In this document: piece after piece, positions 13,541 to 27,200 of the stretch
Layout of the letters: every line of letters starts with the position of its first letter
Numbering within the stretch: the first letter of the stretch is position 1
NCBI GenBank assembly: GCA_030141605.1
Contig: JAQGDQ010000188.1
Span: 310,001-374,000, forward strand
Length of the DNA: 64,000 bases
Reading direction: 5' to 3'
Source of the DNA: Tubiluchus corallicola
Taxonomy: Eukaryota; Animalia; Priapulida
Translations under genes and position numbers: made by a program
The notes under the pieces: model-generated
Databases searched by the model: none
Seen by the model: only the letters and a program-made list of their open reading frames with translations
What the model was told of the DNA's origin: nothing

Positions 13541-13959
13541 CTATCTGCTGCTACAATCCGCGATGCTTTATCCGGATTGTGTTCTGACAGCCAGTGTGCA
13601 GTAGAAACGTCAAATATTTCTAATAGAAATTTGATAACATTAATGTTATCATTTAGAGGGTTGCTTATGATACATTATTGTTCTAACTTTATTATACATG
13701 CAGTGTATTTGAGCAAATAAAATTGAATTGAAATCAAATTTTAATTGAATTAATTTTACCACTTACTTTTTGGTGTATTGATTATGTGTAATTTAATGAC
13801 TAGTTGGCCACACATTTTTCGTTATCATTAAAGATTGTGCTCTGAAATTTTACACTAAAAAATTGAAAAGCCTTTCGAGTAGAATATGCATCTATGGTCA
13901 ATACTCAATCATGTACTGAATGCAAATGTACAACAGTCAATATTCCAAGTAAAATTATC

Positions 13960-14230
13960 AAAGATGGTATTGAATTAATTGGAATCCATATTACTTGACA
14001 GATATCGATGTGCTGGAATCTGTACAGAGAAGATTTACGCACAGGGTTGCAGATATGGAGAATCTCACTTATCTATAGCAATTGCAAAAACTCCACATAT
14101 CTTCACTGGAAGAAAAACGCCTACATGCTGATTTATTTATAATATAAAGTATCATTCATGGAAATGTCAGTTTCAGTTTTAACGACTTTTTCAGTTGAGC
14201 AACAGTAAGACAAACACGGCGAGAAAACTA
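13960..14230 (+). mobile_element. Degenerate L2/CR1-type LINE 3' fragment
   Basis: Translates in pieces to IDVLESVQRRFT... and SLEEKRLHADL, typical of the C-terminal part of CR1/L2 ORF2; frameshifted. Confidence 0.6.
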
Positions 14231-15282
14231 ATGAATAATACTCCTTTTTTTCTTCTCTGGGATCACAGAAGTTGTTGCCAATAAGTTTGTTTTGCTTTGA
14301 TGCAAACAACGAACCATTAAGACAACATATGTAAGCATAAGTAAGTAAATTATGTTGTTGACAGATGTGAAACTATGAATACGTTTTTGCCTCCATTGGA
14401 CCTAATATGGTATCCCAAATCCAGCATACTACAAAGTCATTTAGGCCTGGGGCACTGTTTCTAATTCAGCCCTCAAATCACTTATAATCAATCAAAATAA
14501 ATTTATGAACTTTGCCAGTAGAAAGGCTCACGTTATACCATCGTACTATGAACTAAACCTGTTAAACCTGAAAGATATTACATAAATTGTACCTACCTTA
14601 TTTACAGATTCAAACATCACATTTCCTCTGTATTATTTTCTGATTACAATCACTCTGTAGACACAACATATGTTTACAACACTAGATTTGCAAGCAGCAG
14701 CAATTATTGCATATAACGTTTCAATACAAATGTGGCACAGAAGTCTTTGACAGACCAGGTAGGTCTTTTGTGGAATAGCCTTCCCAATTATATGAAAATC
14801 AACTAAATTATTAGTATAGATATGTTCAATCCTCTTCACCCCGGTGGCGAGCATGCAGACATCAATAAAAAGTGTCTGCGAGATCAACAACACGATCAAC
14901 TTGTTTTGTTTTACGAATCACACTAAATATCTTTTACATCAACTTGCCTTTACAGTTTACTTGCTTTAATTGTATTTTTAGTTTCAACAGCTCGTTAACA
15001 TACATCCTAGCCAGGAGTAATTTATCTATGCTCAATTCACTTATATAAATTTTTGCTTGAGAAATTGAAAAATAAATTGTCTATCTCCATATCTATGGTC
15101 TGAGCACTTGTTCCATAGTGTAATAGTGGTGTGACAACTATTATCAATGTCGCTCTGTTGCATTGAAATTTTGAAGATATTTTTGGATTTTCTTGATGTT
15201 GAGTAAATTTTTCGAAGTTTTTTTGCTTTGATTTAGCAGTAATTTTGTCAAAATAATATATCTGGCAATACGTATTTCTGAC

Positions 15283-18200
15283 ATGATTGTTCTAGAACCG
15301 ACCCAGGTAAACTTTTTTGTTGTCAGTTATGTAGATTTTTGCAAAGCTTTCAATAAAGTACCGCATACACAATTACACATGCATGATGTGCAGGTAACTA
15401 AGACAGAAACGGATAGAATTTGCAGTAGGATACATAATTTACATGTACTATGCATATGCTACAGACAAAGTCTGCAACCTGGTATTCTGTTGAATGACTA
15501 GGCATTTTATATATGACAAAACAAAACAGTAAAGTGTCTAAAATTTCAACCATACTTTTACTAGGCATTAACCCATTATAATGCAAAAGTACGTTTAGGC
15601 AGAGTGTGTAATTCTTAGATTTTGGATGTACTTTTCCTGGTTATTTTGTAGTGCGTCAAATAAATTTTAGGTACTGTGTAGTTGCAGTTTAGATGGTTCT
15701 TTTGAACGCACTCTCACATCGCATAAATCAATAATATCACTGAAAGCATGGCTCCAACAGAAAGATGCATCCTTTATCTGCACACTGGTGTAAAGAAAAT
15801 GACGATCTACATCATATTTTTCGAAAAAAAATTCAAAAGTTTGTGTCACAGTTGCGAAAACGGACGAGGATTGACCGTTTTACTGCAGTATTTTCATTTC
15901 CGCGTCTGCATGAAGTAATTGTTTTTATCCACTGCTGGGTGCCACTAGATAGAATCAAATAACATGCTGTAAAACAAATAATATTTTAAAATTCACTAAA
16001 ATTAAAAACGCATTATACGACACGGTATTTGACGCCGCCAAAAAAGAAACTATACAATAATTGATAATTATACAATAATTTAGTAATGCGAACCAAAAAA
16101 CTAAAAAACAAAGCATGAAAAATGTACATTGAAAGAAATTAAAACATTACTGCTGACCTGTGAAAATTAAACAAGCTTTGATATTCCTCGATTTAGCTTT
16201 AAACATTCAAAAACCTTTAAAAAAATTTCAAAAAATTTTCCTCCTGCCTTACTGACATCTCTTGAGTCTTGTGCTCATTTCGTATCTACCATAAAAATTC
16301 TTTTTACTGTCATTTAAATAACATGAATTTGTGATGACCGTGGTGGTCAGTATTTACTTAATATATCAGTAGCCTAGTCATTTTGAGTATGTTCATTTGT
16401 GTAGTAATTGATTTGTTTGGATCATAGATTTGGAGACACAATTTGTGATATTGGCGCAAGCCACACTTTCATCAAAACTATTACTTTGAGACTGAAAGTA
16501 TATCAATTAAAGAACAAAAACTAGGCATTAAAAATCGATTTTTAAATAAATGGGCAAATTTAATTCAACTCGATTCAATGGTAAAATCAGCATATTCAAC
16601 CCAATTTGAGTTCGAAAAATGAAAACTCTATTAGAATTTTTTCAACATTTTGCCCAACATTAGTGATGAACTATTTTTTCCAGCACTGTTTCTGTGTTTT
16701 GAAATGAAATTTTGTGATATTCATAATAATAATTTTATGAGCAATTATTCTGATGGCAAAACAGCTCACATGACTGCTCTTTGTGAAGATTTTGTTTACT
16801 TGGCGTAGAATGCGTATGGAACTATGCGATCAAAATAAAAAGCCATATGTCATTTTGCAATAATTATGGTAAAGAATAGTATGCAGATTAAAATTTATAA
16901 GGATGAGTGCGACAACAAAAACAATGTAAGAATATGTACAAGATAATTAAAACTTACCTACTAATTAAATTGTAATCACAACTAAAAAAAGGACAAGGGC
17001 ACTTATTTACAGTCGCTGGGACAACAGACAACATTAGCCGTAGGCTACTATAAGTGACTCTTAACGAATACAACAACACTGAGATGCCACAAATAAATAA
17101 AATAGATAACAACTGTTTGCACCAATACAGGTGGTCATGAGATTTGAACTCGGGCTGCAAGCAGAAAAGCGCCCACAGTCCGTTACCTTAACCACTCAGC
17201 CACCCGTACTGACGTTGTACTGACTGTGTTGTAAATTTGCAAGAAATATTGTTTTTTATTACAAATTTTTAGTACCAAAATATAGATGAACTTTTGATTT
17301 GAATTAGATTTTGACTGTTGATTAAAGTTCGTTTCGGATATGACAGATTTTTTATGTATTTACAGGGCGCAGTTTGGCATGCATTGAATAACTATGCATA
17401 CATGGATGCAGTTTTTCTATCTGAGAGGCTTTTTGCTGAAGGTACTTTTTGCAGAATTTTAATTTTTCTACGGTATTATATGATATGATATAATATTTAG
17501 TCAAGTCTCTAGTATGTAATTAATTACTGCAAGGCTTGATAAACAGATGTAGGTATAAACTTTGTTTATAATGTTTATGTGTATTACTCTTGTGGTTATT
17601 GTTGTTGTGCTTGATAATAATATTAAACTTTTGGTTCTTGAAAGCAGATACAAAAAGTTATTGTAATAGGAAGAAATGGTCAACAGACAGTTTAATGTGG
17701 TAAAAATGGCAAAACAGGTTGTTGACAAGCTAGTGCTTTATGTATTTTATTTATTTTAACAGCAAAACCCATTTTGTAACTAGTGTATGGATTACGTATT
17801 TCTTTTACAATTCCAAAATTTTGCTAGTAACTGTGCACACTTTATTGCAGTTAATTCGGATGATGCCTTGTATTTGCTTGCTACCTCATATTACCGAAGT
17901 GGAAATCCTCGGAAGGCATATGCTTTGCTGCAAAAACGTGGATGTCCGACGGCTGCTTGTAAATATCTGATGGCGCGATGTTGTTTTGACTTGAACAAGT
18001 AATACACTAATTTATTTTATACCGTCAATTACAAAAAAATTGTGCAAGAAATGCAATGTGTTACATACTTATACGTATAGTATATATCTTTTATACAAAA
18101 ATTATATAGACACATTTTGTTCAAATATGGAACAAATTTTTGCTCTAAATATATATTTTCATAAAATAACTTTGCATTCCTAACACAAGCCAATTATCAT

Positions 18201-21200
18201 TGAGAGGGTCTTGCAGCAGGATTTCCAGATTTCAATTTTAGTTTCAACTTTAATTTCATCCGTGCTTATTTTAAATAGCTGCCTATACCGGATAAAATTT
18301 GCTCCTTTTTCCATCAAACACTATACAAAAAACCAGACTGCACCTTAGACGCTGTATGAAGAGGCTTATTGTAGGACTTAACTTTTATTGCTTACTTATG
18401 GTATGCAAATATACTAATAGCAATTGACACATCATGTGCAAAATGATTTTTAGGTCCCCTGATTGTCAAAGTCTGTGGACCTTATGCCATCACGTAACAT
18501 CCATCGACTGTCGTCTTTTCAGAATTTGAATTTAAGCCAGTTATACTTAACCCATTGGATGGGATAACTTTGGACAAGATAATAGTCGATGTCATATATC
18601 CCCGATGGCATATCCAGCATAGGAATAAAAAGATAGTAACCTCAACAGGTGCACTGCAATGGTGGGCATAATAAGATGATCAGAGCCCATGCAGTGTGAG
18701 AAACTAGGGTGGCTTGCAACATACTGATAACCCCACAAACAAAAAGAACTTTACGCTTTCTTTCATATGATTCAGGATGGTGCGTACAATATGAGAATCC
18801 GTCAGCTCGATGTGAGAAGTTAGAGTCAATTTTAACTTACTGACAATTCAACTTTGAGAAAATTATTTTAGATTGAAGTTCTTTAGCAGTTCAACTGTAG
18901 TGTTATAAAGTCAGGTTTTGTCGTGCAAAATGTGAATGTAGACGTTAGGTGATGGGTGACAACTTTTGGGGGTGACTTGAAATGACCCTCCCTATAGTGG
19001 GTATAGTGGTAGAATGCAAGTGAGCTCATTATGAAGAATCCAACATTGACAAAAATATTTTACCTTGAGCACAGATCCGAGATTCTAACAATTGTAAATA
19101 TAGTGTTATAAAGGCAGCTTTTGTCCTACAAAATGTCAAGTGTAGATGTGATGTGATGGGTGACACCTTGGGGCTATGGCCTGCAATGACTATGATGGAG
19201 GATGGTGGGTGTAGTGGGAGGATCTGAGTCAGCTCAATGCAAATTACATCGACCTGTCACCTATTGACAACCCGGCTACGACAAAAATATTTATATTCTC
19301 TTTGATCCCCCAGACATTATTTAGTTGATGTTATTTAGTTAGACAGGTATTGTCTCGTTAAATGTCTAATGTAGGTGCTGTCTGATATGGGTGAGAACTT
19401 ATGGGTGGTGGCATTCAGTGACCTTAGTACATAGGTAAAAATGCAGAATGTGACCAAAAACGCTAGCTGTACGAAATTCGGACATGAAAACATGTGACCT
19501 TGTTGACCAAGAGGTGCAGCTGGGAAATTAGTGCTCTTTGCACACCTTATTTGCAAAGCCTTTGGTAATGGGTACCAAATTATAACATACAATTGATATT
19601 TCAGATTGTCAGAAGCTGAATCATGGTTGACTTGTAGCAGTGTTACCAAATTAAAGAATAATAATGAAGACTTGCTGAATGAATTTGGTGACTCAGCTTG
19701 TTTTGCTACAGCTTTGTTAGGAAAAATTTACAGGTAAAATTTTTTTGTTCACTTTAATTGCCTATGACACACATCATTTAAGCATCTTTGTACAATAATT
19801 GTCTTGATTTAGAAACAGAAAAGTAAACCAATTTATGATTTTCTGTGTCATGTATGACAAATTTATATACAGTGTTCCCTGGCTATTTTGCGGTTCGTTT
19901 ATCGCGGACTCACTGCTTCGCGGGTTTTCAGAAATATTAATGTAAAATATTTATCTTGGTATTTTCGCTGTTTCGCGGGTTTGTGCGGTACTCCATCTAA
20001 AGTATTTTTGCACATGCGTAGTATGTATTGTACAGTAATGTATAGATTTGATAAATTTTGATAAAAAAATCACAAAATGTATAAAAATATATTAAAAATA
20101 GTAATTCTAACATTAAAAGAATATTATAAATCATAAAAAATTACCATTTACAGTAAATTGTGTATTTATTCGGCAGATGAATACACACCAAATGTAGTAC
20201 TTGCGCCCTCTTGAAATGCTACTTGTTTGGAGTTTAAAACATTTTTATGAACATTTAAGTAAAGTTTTTTAGAAGGTACATATACAGTATGGGAAAAGTT
20301 ATTAAGGGAATGGGAAAGGGTTATGTATAAGAGCGTGGGGAGGGTTTATAAAGACTTAAAATAAAGTATAACTACTAAAATAAGTATAGCGTTCCTTACC
20401 TCGTGGAAATTCACTTATCGCGGGTGGGCCTGGAACGGAACATCCGCGATAAGCAAGGGAATATCTGTATAATTTATAAGATCTTTAAATTGAAAATTTT
20501 GTTTAAAGAAATTTTAAAACAAAAACTTGTTTAACCAGTTAAATGTTTTTACAGCAAAACCGAAAGAATTACTAAAGCAGCTGAGCAGTTTAGAAAAAGT
20601 CTTAGACTAAATCCGTTTTTATGGAGCAGCTTTGAAGAACTTTGTAAAATCGGTCAGTGTACATTTTTCTCCTATCATCTGTTGTGCTTGAATTTGTAAC
20701 AGCATTTTTAGCAATAATAATGAATTGTTTAATTTTTTGCATGCTCCCAATAATGCTTTTCATCTGATTCGTGGTTCAACTAAAACAGTGTTAAAAACTG
20801 GTTAGTTACTAATTACTGATTGATTATGGATGATGGACCAATGATATTGTTTATTTTAAAGAAAGAAATTGCATTGTATGTTACTGTTTCTGGGTAGATC
20901 TGTCAATCTGTGTGATTTTCTGTAATAACCAAAAGAGATTTTTGACATAGAGAAGTGTATATATCACAATACCACTGAAATGTGGTAATAAGTACAACCT
21001 GTACCACTTTTTAGTCGCGATAATAGTTGTTTAATGTAACTACAAGTTTTTGGCTCATTTAAAGATTGACGTGTGCATACATTAAATTTGCATAAATTTT
21101 AACTAAGTACATTGCTGGTAACAGATGTACCTTATCTCAGCATGGAAACTTAAAAACACTAAGAGTTTACTTGTTAATCTTAATAAAAAATTTCATAGTG

Positions 21201-24200
21201 ATAAAATGTATTTATCATTTGCTATTTTTCTTATCATTTAGAATTAGCTCTGTCCTTATTTTTAAATTGTACAGTTGTTTGAATTTAGTGAAATATGTAG
21301 TTGTAAATCTTAACTTGTTACACTTAACTGTATCATTTTATTCTTTTTTCTTTATTTTGCTGCAACTTATTTTGAATTATTTCTGTATGCTCAGGTGAGA
21401 AACCAGATCCTAGCAAGCTATTTCAGGTGTCTAGTCTTCAAAGCTTCAACTCTTGTCAATTACCTTTACCTAATGTGATGTTAAACTCTGCAATGCATAC
21501 GCCAACAATTACTACTGACTCATCTAGTGTCACGGAAAATCAGGTAATGCAGTTTATTATCGTCTGCATCCTCAGTGAAATTTATAAGCTAAAGAAAAGC
21601 ACATTCATTGCTTTCGTTATATATCACAAGGAATTGTAATAGCTTTCATCTTGAGAGATTGTAGACAGTAATTATTGAAATTTAGCTTGTGTATGAGATG
21701 CTTAAAATGTTAAAGTAAACTAATATAACTATAACTTATATCTTATAGCTGCTGTTTTTGTGTTCTTCAGCAGTCAAACTGCATTAGCTGTTTAGTACAG
21801 CAATGGCAACATTATGCGTGTAATAATGACCACATGTATTATGTTCATTGTTTATTTAGGATTTGCCTCCTGCAAATACACAACACTTTACGCCATCAAA
21901 TAACACGAGCTTGAAGCACACACCAGATCAATCTGATATGACACCTGGAGACAATTCCTGTGACCCTGGTGCGCCGAAAGTGCGTGTGACACACCCTAGG
22001 TCTCAAATTGCGAGGAGCTTTCTACATGGCCCAGCCATCTTCAGTCCTCTTACACCAAGGTTTTTAAGCATTCATCTTTTATCGGCTTTGTCTGTTTATG
22101 TATTTTTGTTTGTTCTTTAATTTATTGTAAAAATCTTATGTCTAATCGAACCAGTTATTATCTTACCTTGCTAGTCGAGCTTGGTGTTATCTTAACTTAT
22201 TAGTCGAGCGGGGTATTACCTTAACTTGCTAGTTGAGCAGAGTATTATCTTAGCTTGCTAGTTGACTTCTGCTATCACTCTGCGTCACTTGTGAGGAAAC
22301 TAATATACAGTGTGTGCTTGTCATATGTTTAGCTTTGGCATTCTTCCATTGGATACTCCAAGTCCTGTTGAGCAAGGAATAGGAAACATAGCTTTTATTA
22401 CACCATCGCCTACAGTTATTGATTCACAACTACCAGATCCTATAGCCCCATCGAAAAAGGTGAGTGTGATTTCTAGACATTGTGTTTGTATTTGACGTAT
22501 ACATGCACATATATAGTTGAGAAGATAAAGTAATTTTGCACTTATATGTATTTTGCTGATATTTCATTATAAATCTATTTTTTTCTTTCTTTTGTATTTC
22601 TCATTGTGTGCATACCATTTGATATTTATATTAAATAACTTAAGCTAGAACTTTTTGCAGCAAAAATTTTTTTAGTGAAGAGTGGTTTTACATCAGTTGA
22701 AGCTAAGAAATTCCTTTTATGTGCTATTTCTAGGCAATGACAAGGCGGGGTACAACAATTAAACCACCAGTTTTTAGCCAGTGTGGTAACAGTGGAAAAA
22801 ACACTGCACTAACTATGCCACAACAACCAGGGTAAGTTTGCAAAAGAGATGGTCCTAATTCTGGTCGTCTCTAAATTTTGTTACAAAATCTGTTTCCTAT
22901 TGTTATAGCATCTGAATTATCATGTCTGTGAATCCAGAAAATGAACTGGTTGCACCTACACAATTACACATCGTAGTTAATATCCATGTTAATAACTAAT
23001 AACTGTGGTGATGTGCAATGAAAAACCTTCATAATGTATTACTATTGCTGACAAAGACTTTTATATTTTCAGGCTGGGTATCAGCAGTGTAGCAAACGTA
23101 AGGAGAAGTACACGTCTGTTCAGTAATGCTAGTTCTGTTAAGGTAGGTATTGGAGTAGTTATTGCTTTTATTACTTGTTGTTTAAAACATGCACTAGAAG
23201 TCTAGAATATATTAGGTGTTTCAAACATCCCTCATTATTTTTATATATTTATTAAAAGCTAACAGCACTTGCAACCAAATGGAAATTTGTTTGCTGAGTT
23301 TAGGATTCATGAAAATTTTGGTTCATGAGTCTGTATGGCATCACAATAAAAGGGCATGAAAATTCAAATGTATTCTAAAAAAATCCCAATTGCTGTGTAA
23401 GAGTTTTCACAAGATGAACAATGTTGGTCGCTTAACAACAAAAATAAAACTGAAATCCAAATTGGTGTGTGATATGAAACACCCTATATTTATCAAAGTC
23501 AATCATTCATTTGGAAATTTTCACGATCTGTCTCAGACTTACAATAAACAAATTTGTTCAGGAAAACAACAAGGGAAATCGATTGTCATCAAATGTTCCA
23601 AATAAGAAGAATAGGACAAGATCTAGCAAAAGCTGCATTTCACAGGCTAATTTTAATGAGCTAAATGGTCTGAACAAACCTGAAAAGCCTGAAAAACCTG
23701 AGCAGGAGAAAAGTACAACAGTTTCAGCATCCCATACTCAAGTTTTACACATGCAAAAAGTTTCAGCTGGTGAGTAATTTAAATAGTTTCATTCTTAATC
23801 ATTGTTTATTTTATTAGTATTAAAAAGTTGAGTATAACTTTAAAGTCTGCCATTAATTAAATTGTTCCCTTGCTTTGTTTAAATCAGAAAGTTGTTTTGA
23901 GTGGTACTTTTATTTTAACATTTTGTATAGAGGCATTCACAATCCATTCCAATGAAGAGTTTGTAAGTTGTTTACATGTCTGGGTTTTCTGAAGTAGAAG
24001 CTTTGAGCTATATTAAGAATTGCGTTTATCCCTCACATAACATTTGTGTTCACCGCTTAGTGCTAACATAATGGCGTAACAAGTTGATAAATCACTATAC
24101 AGCTGTGTAGTTGTTTTGCATAATGTTTATCTTTTCAGAAGGTCTAATGCAACTATTGCAGAAGATTGGAAAAGCCTATTCTTCATTATCACAATTTAAT

Positions 24201-27200
24201 TGTAAACAAGCTGTTGAGGAATTTAATGAATTACCAGTTCACCATCTAAACACTGGTTGGGCTTTGAGCCACCTGGCTAAAGCTTATTTTGAAATGGCTG
24301 AATATAGTCAGGTAATACTGGGAATATGAACAAGTGATATACACTAAATGTATATGTTATATATTGTATTGTTATTCTTGATGGCACAGTCATTATTACT
24401 AACCATTGCCCATATGCTTTGCTTATGCATTCTGTTTGTGCTTGAGGTCAGTAGCCATTTGTCTCAACTAGCTTTAAAGCACGCTGAAGGCATTTTAGTG
24501 TTAAGCTCAAATCGTAGTTTTGTCCACACCTGCTTCAATGCACTATGTGCGATAAATGAAAAGAATTTTAGTAACGATGTACAGCATTCAAAAGTTTTAG
24601 CATGACGTCACTAGTATCTCGCACTGAGCTGCTTTATTATTACAGCACAGTTAAATTTTCTGTTTTCCGATCATTCCTGCTTTTTAAATGTTTCGCTCAA
24701 ATAATACTTCTAACAAAGAGTGACCATTTTTTGTTTGCCAAAGGATAAAATTGTAAAAGACAATGGATTCTTGAGTGTGATCGACAACAAGAGATTTTGA
24801 GATGACGGGCAGACCAGGTGTACTGTCCGGTTCGAAAGGAAATAAATAAATCTTATTATTGTATCTTTAGTTGTGTGACTCTGTGTGTCAGTAGTAGACA
24901 AGGATGACCAGTGAAATTACAATCATTTTATTCTTTGCACAAAAGCCATGAGTTGTGTAAATCCTTACTGAAGGTGCTCCAGAAATTATAGGCTTATTTC
25001 TGAAGCACCCTTAACTGGCATCACTATTTAGATATGAAGGCTTCTCATAAGCGCACATTTCCAAGTGCACCATGCTTTCTCATAAAATAGCATAATTGAT
25101 TATCGAATTGGTTTCTTATCCAAATAGCCGATTATGAAAATGCAACCAATGTCCCACTACTAGCAAGTGTTGATGTTGTGTGCACTGAATGGTTATCGTA
25201 CAGTGCCAAATAAAAATTTATTCATATTTAACTACCCTGAGCTATCAAAATGATTTACGTTTGCGTAGTCTGAAAAGGTCTAAGGTATAGTGTATCTAAA
25301 GTGCTCACTCACCTGAGCAAAGTTTACAATTTGTACATAAACTCGATATGTTTTAAATTTTCAGGCTTGCAAATGTTTTGTTGAGGCAAGACGTTTAGAA
25401 CCGTATCACATAGGAGGCATGGAGTACTATAGCACTGCTTTGTGGCATTTGCAAAAGGAAGTTTCTTTATCTGCTCTTTCTCAGGAGTTGTGTGACTATG
25501 ATAAAAATTCTCCACAGGTATGGAACTGTCAAGTTTACAGCTTAATTTTATTCTCCTGCTACACTGAAATCCATATAAAAATGCTGTTTGGTTTACAAAC
25601 ATTTAAAATTCACAAAAATCAGCAAACCATATTTTAAAGAACACAGTTATGTAAACGCTTAAAAGACTATCCTTACTATTTTATATACACACAGATTAAA
25701 ATTACAAAAAGTTAACTAGCTCCCAAGAATAAAAATGTTTTAATTTAACGTTTGAAAACAGTGGTACTTAGGCGTTTTTGGTCTCATCTGAAAGCGTATT
25801 CCATGAACGAGGTGGCAGTACTGGAAAAAGATTTATCTTCAACTGAAACAAGACTAGTTCTAGGTTGTAATAAGATATTAGTATCATGATGATCTTGGTC
25901 GGCAGGATGGTGTGTATGTCAGTAAAAGCTCAGATAAATAATGATAGTATCATTACTGCACATTGTGTAATTATTAATTATGTTATATTTGTCCTTGGTT
26001 ATATATTCATTGTCTTTCTTTAGCTATAGCCAGACTGTGCATATATGTTGTCTTTGTAATACGTGGTATTATGTATATCATTTCAGTCAGTATTAAAATG
26101 CCTCAGACAATTTCTCATTTTACAGGCTTGGTGTGCTGTTGGCAATTGCTTTAGTTTACAGAAAGAACATGATGCCGCTGTGAAATTTTTCCATCGTGCT
26201 ATTCAGGTAAGTGTTTTTGTTTTACTTTTATTTGAAGACATTTAAGATATAGCAATTTTTTTATACTTGTAAGTGGTTATATTTTAGTTTTAAATACATG
26301 TATAATTTTTCCTACAGTAGAATTGTTATGTAGTTGATTAGCTGATCGACATTAACACATTATTTTAAACATAAATATACACATAATTCGTCATTAAATA
26401 AATAGTTTGGCTATATTTGCTGCAATCTATTCTTTGTCTCACATCTTGAAGTGCGAAAATCAGCTTTGTAAATGAAACATTGTACTGAAATTTCTGCACA
26501 CCTATTCGTAATGATATTTGTATTTTTTGTCCAGAATAGTTTTTATTTAAATGATTTTTTAGTTAACAACTAACTACCCTGTCTTGGTCTTTTTAAAGGG
26601 TCATCAGCTGTCACTACATTATGCACAATATATTATTTGCTAGCACTGTTTACAACAGTGGTATCACCATGTAGTAGAACTATCGTTGAACTAACACAAG
26701 ATACTGTACTCTGTGTTTTCTTACCAATGATAGGAATTTTATGTAACCCCCTAACAATTTATGCTTCAGCAAATTAATCATTTGGTGAGCACAAAAGTTT
26801 CTATTTAAAAATTAATGTAATTTTGAAACTTGATATAATATTCTTGATATCTTGGTATTTTACAAAACTTAGTGTTAGAATATTTATACTAGTGCCACTT
26901 GTACTAAGTTAAGGGAATAATTCAATTTTGGGTTCTTTTCTTAAAGTGAGTTTCTTATTTGCAGGTTAATCCAGATTTTGCTTATGCATATACACTATTA
27001 GGACACGAGTATGTCCTAACTGAAGAGTTGGACAAGGCTATGAATTGTTTCCGCAGTGCTATTCGAATAGACCCGAGACATTATAATGCGTGGTAAACCT
27101 TCTTAAGTGTACTTTGTGCATTGTCCCTGTGTTAATTTTAATCACACGAACAGCAGTTGGTTCCCTATAAATTAAATTGTTCCTTAGAGACTTTTATTTT

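Noticed and set aside
17130-17213. Functional tRNA gene
   Set aside because: A and B boxes present but acceptor and anticodon stems do not pair; better explained as a SINE head.
22158-22266. CRISPR-like appearance of 29-bp repeats (also 12521-12611)
   Set aside because: Head-to-tail units without unique spacers, inside eukaryotic introns, no cas genes.
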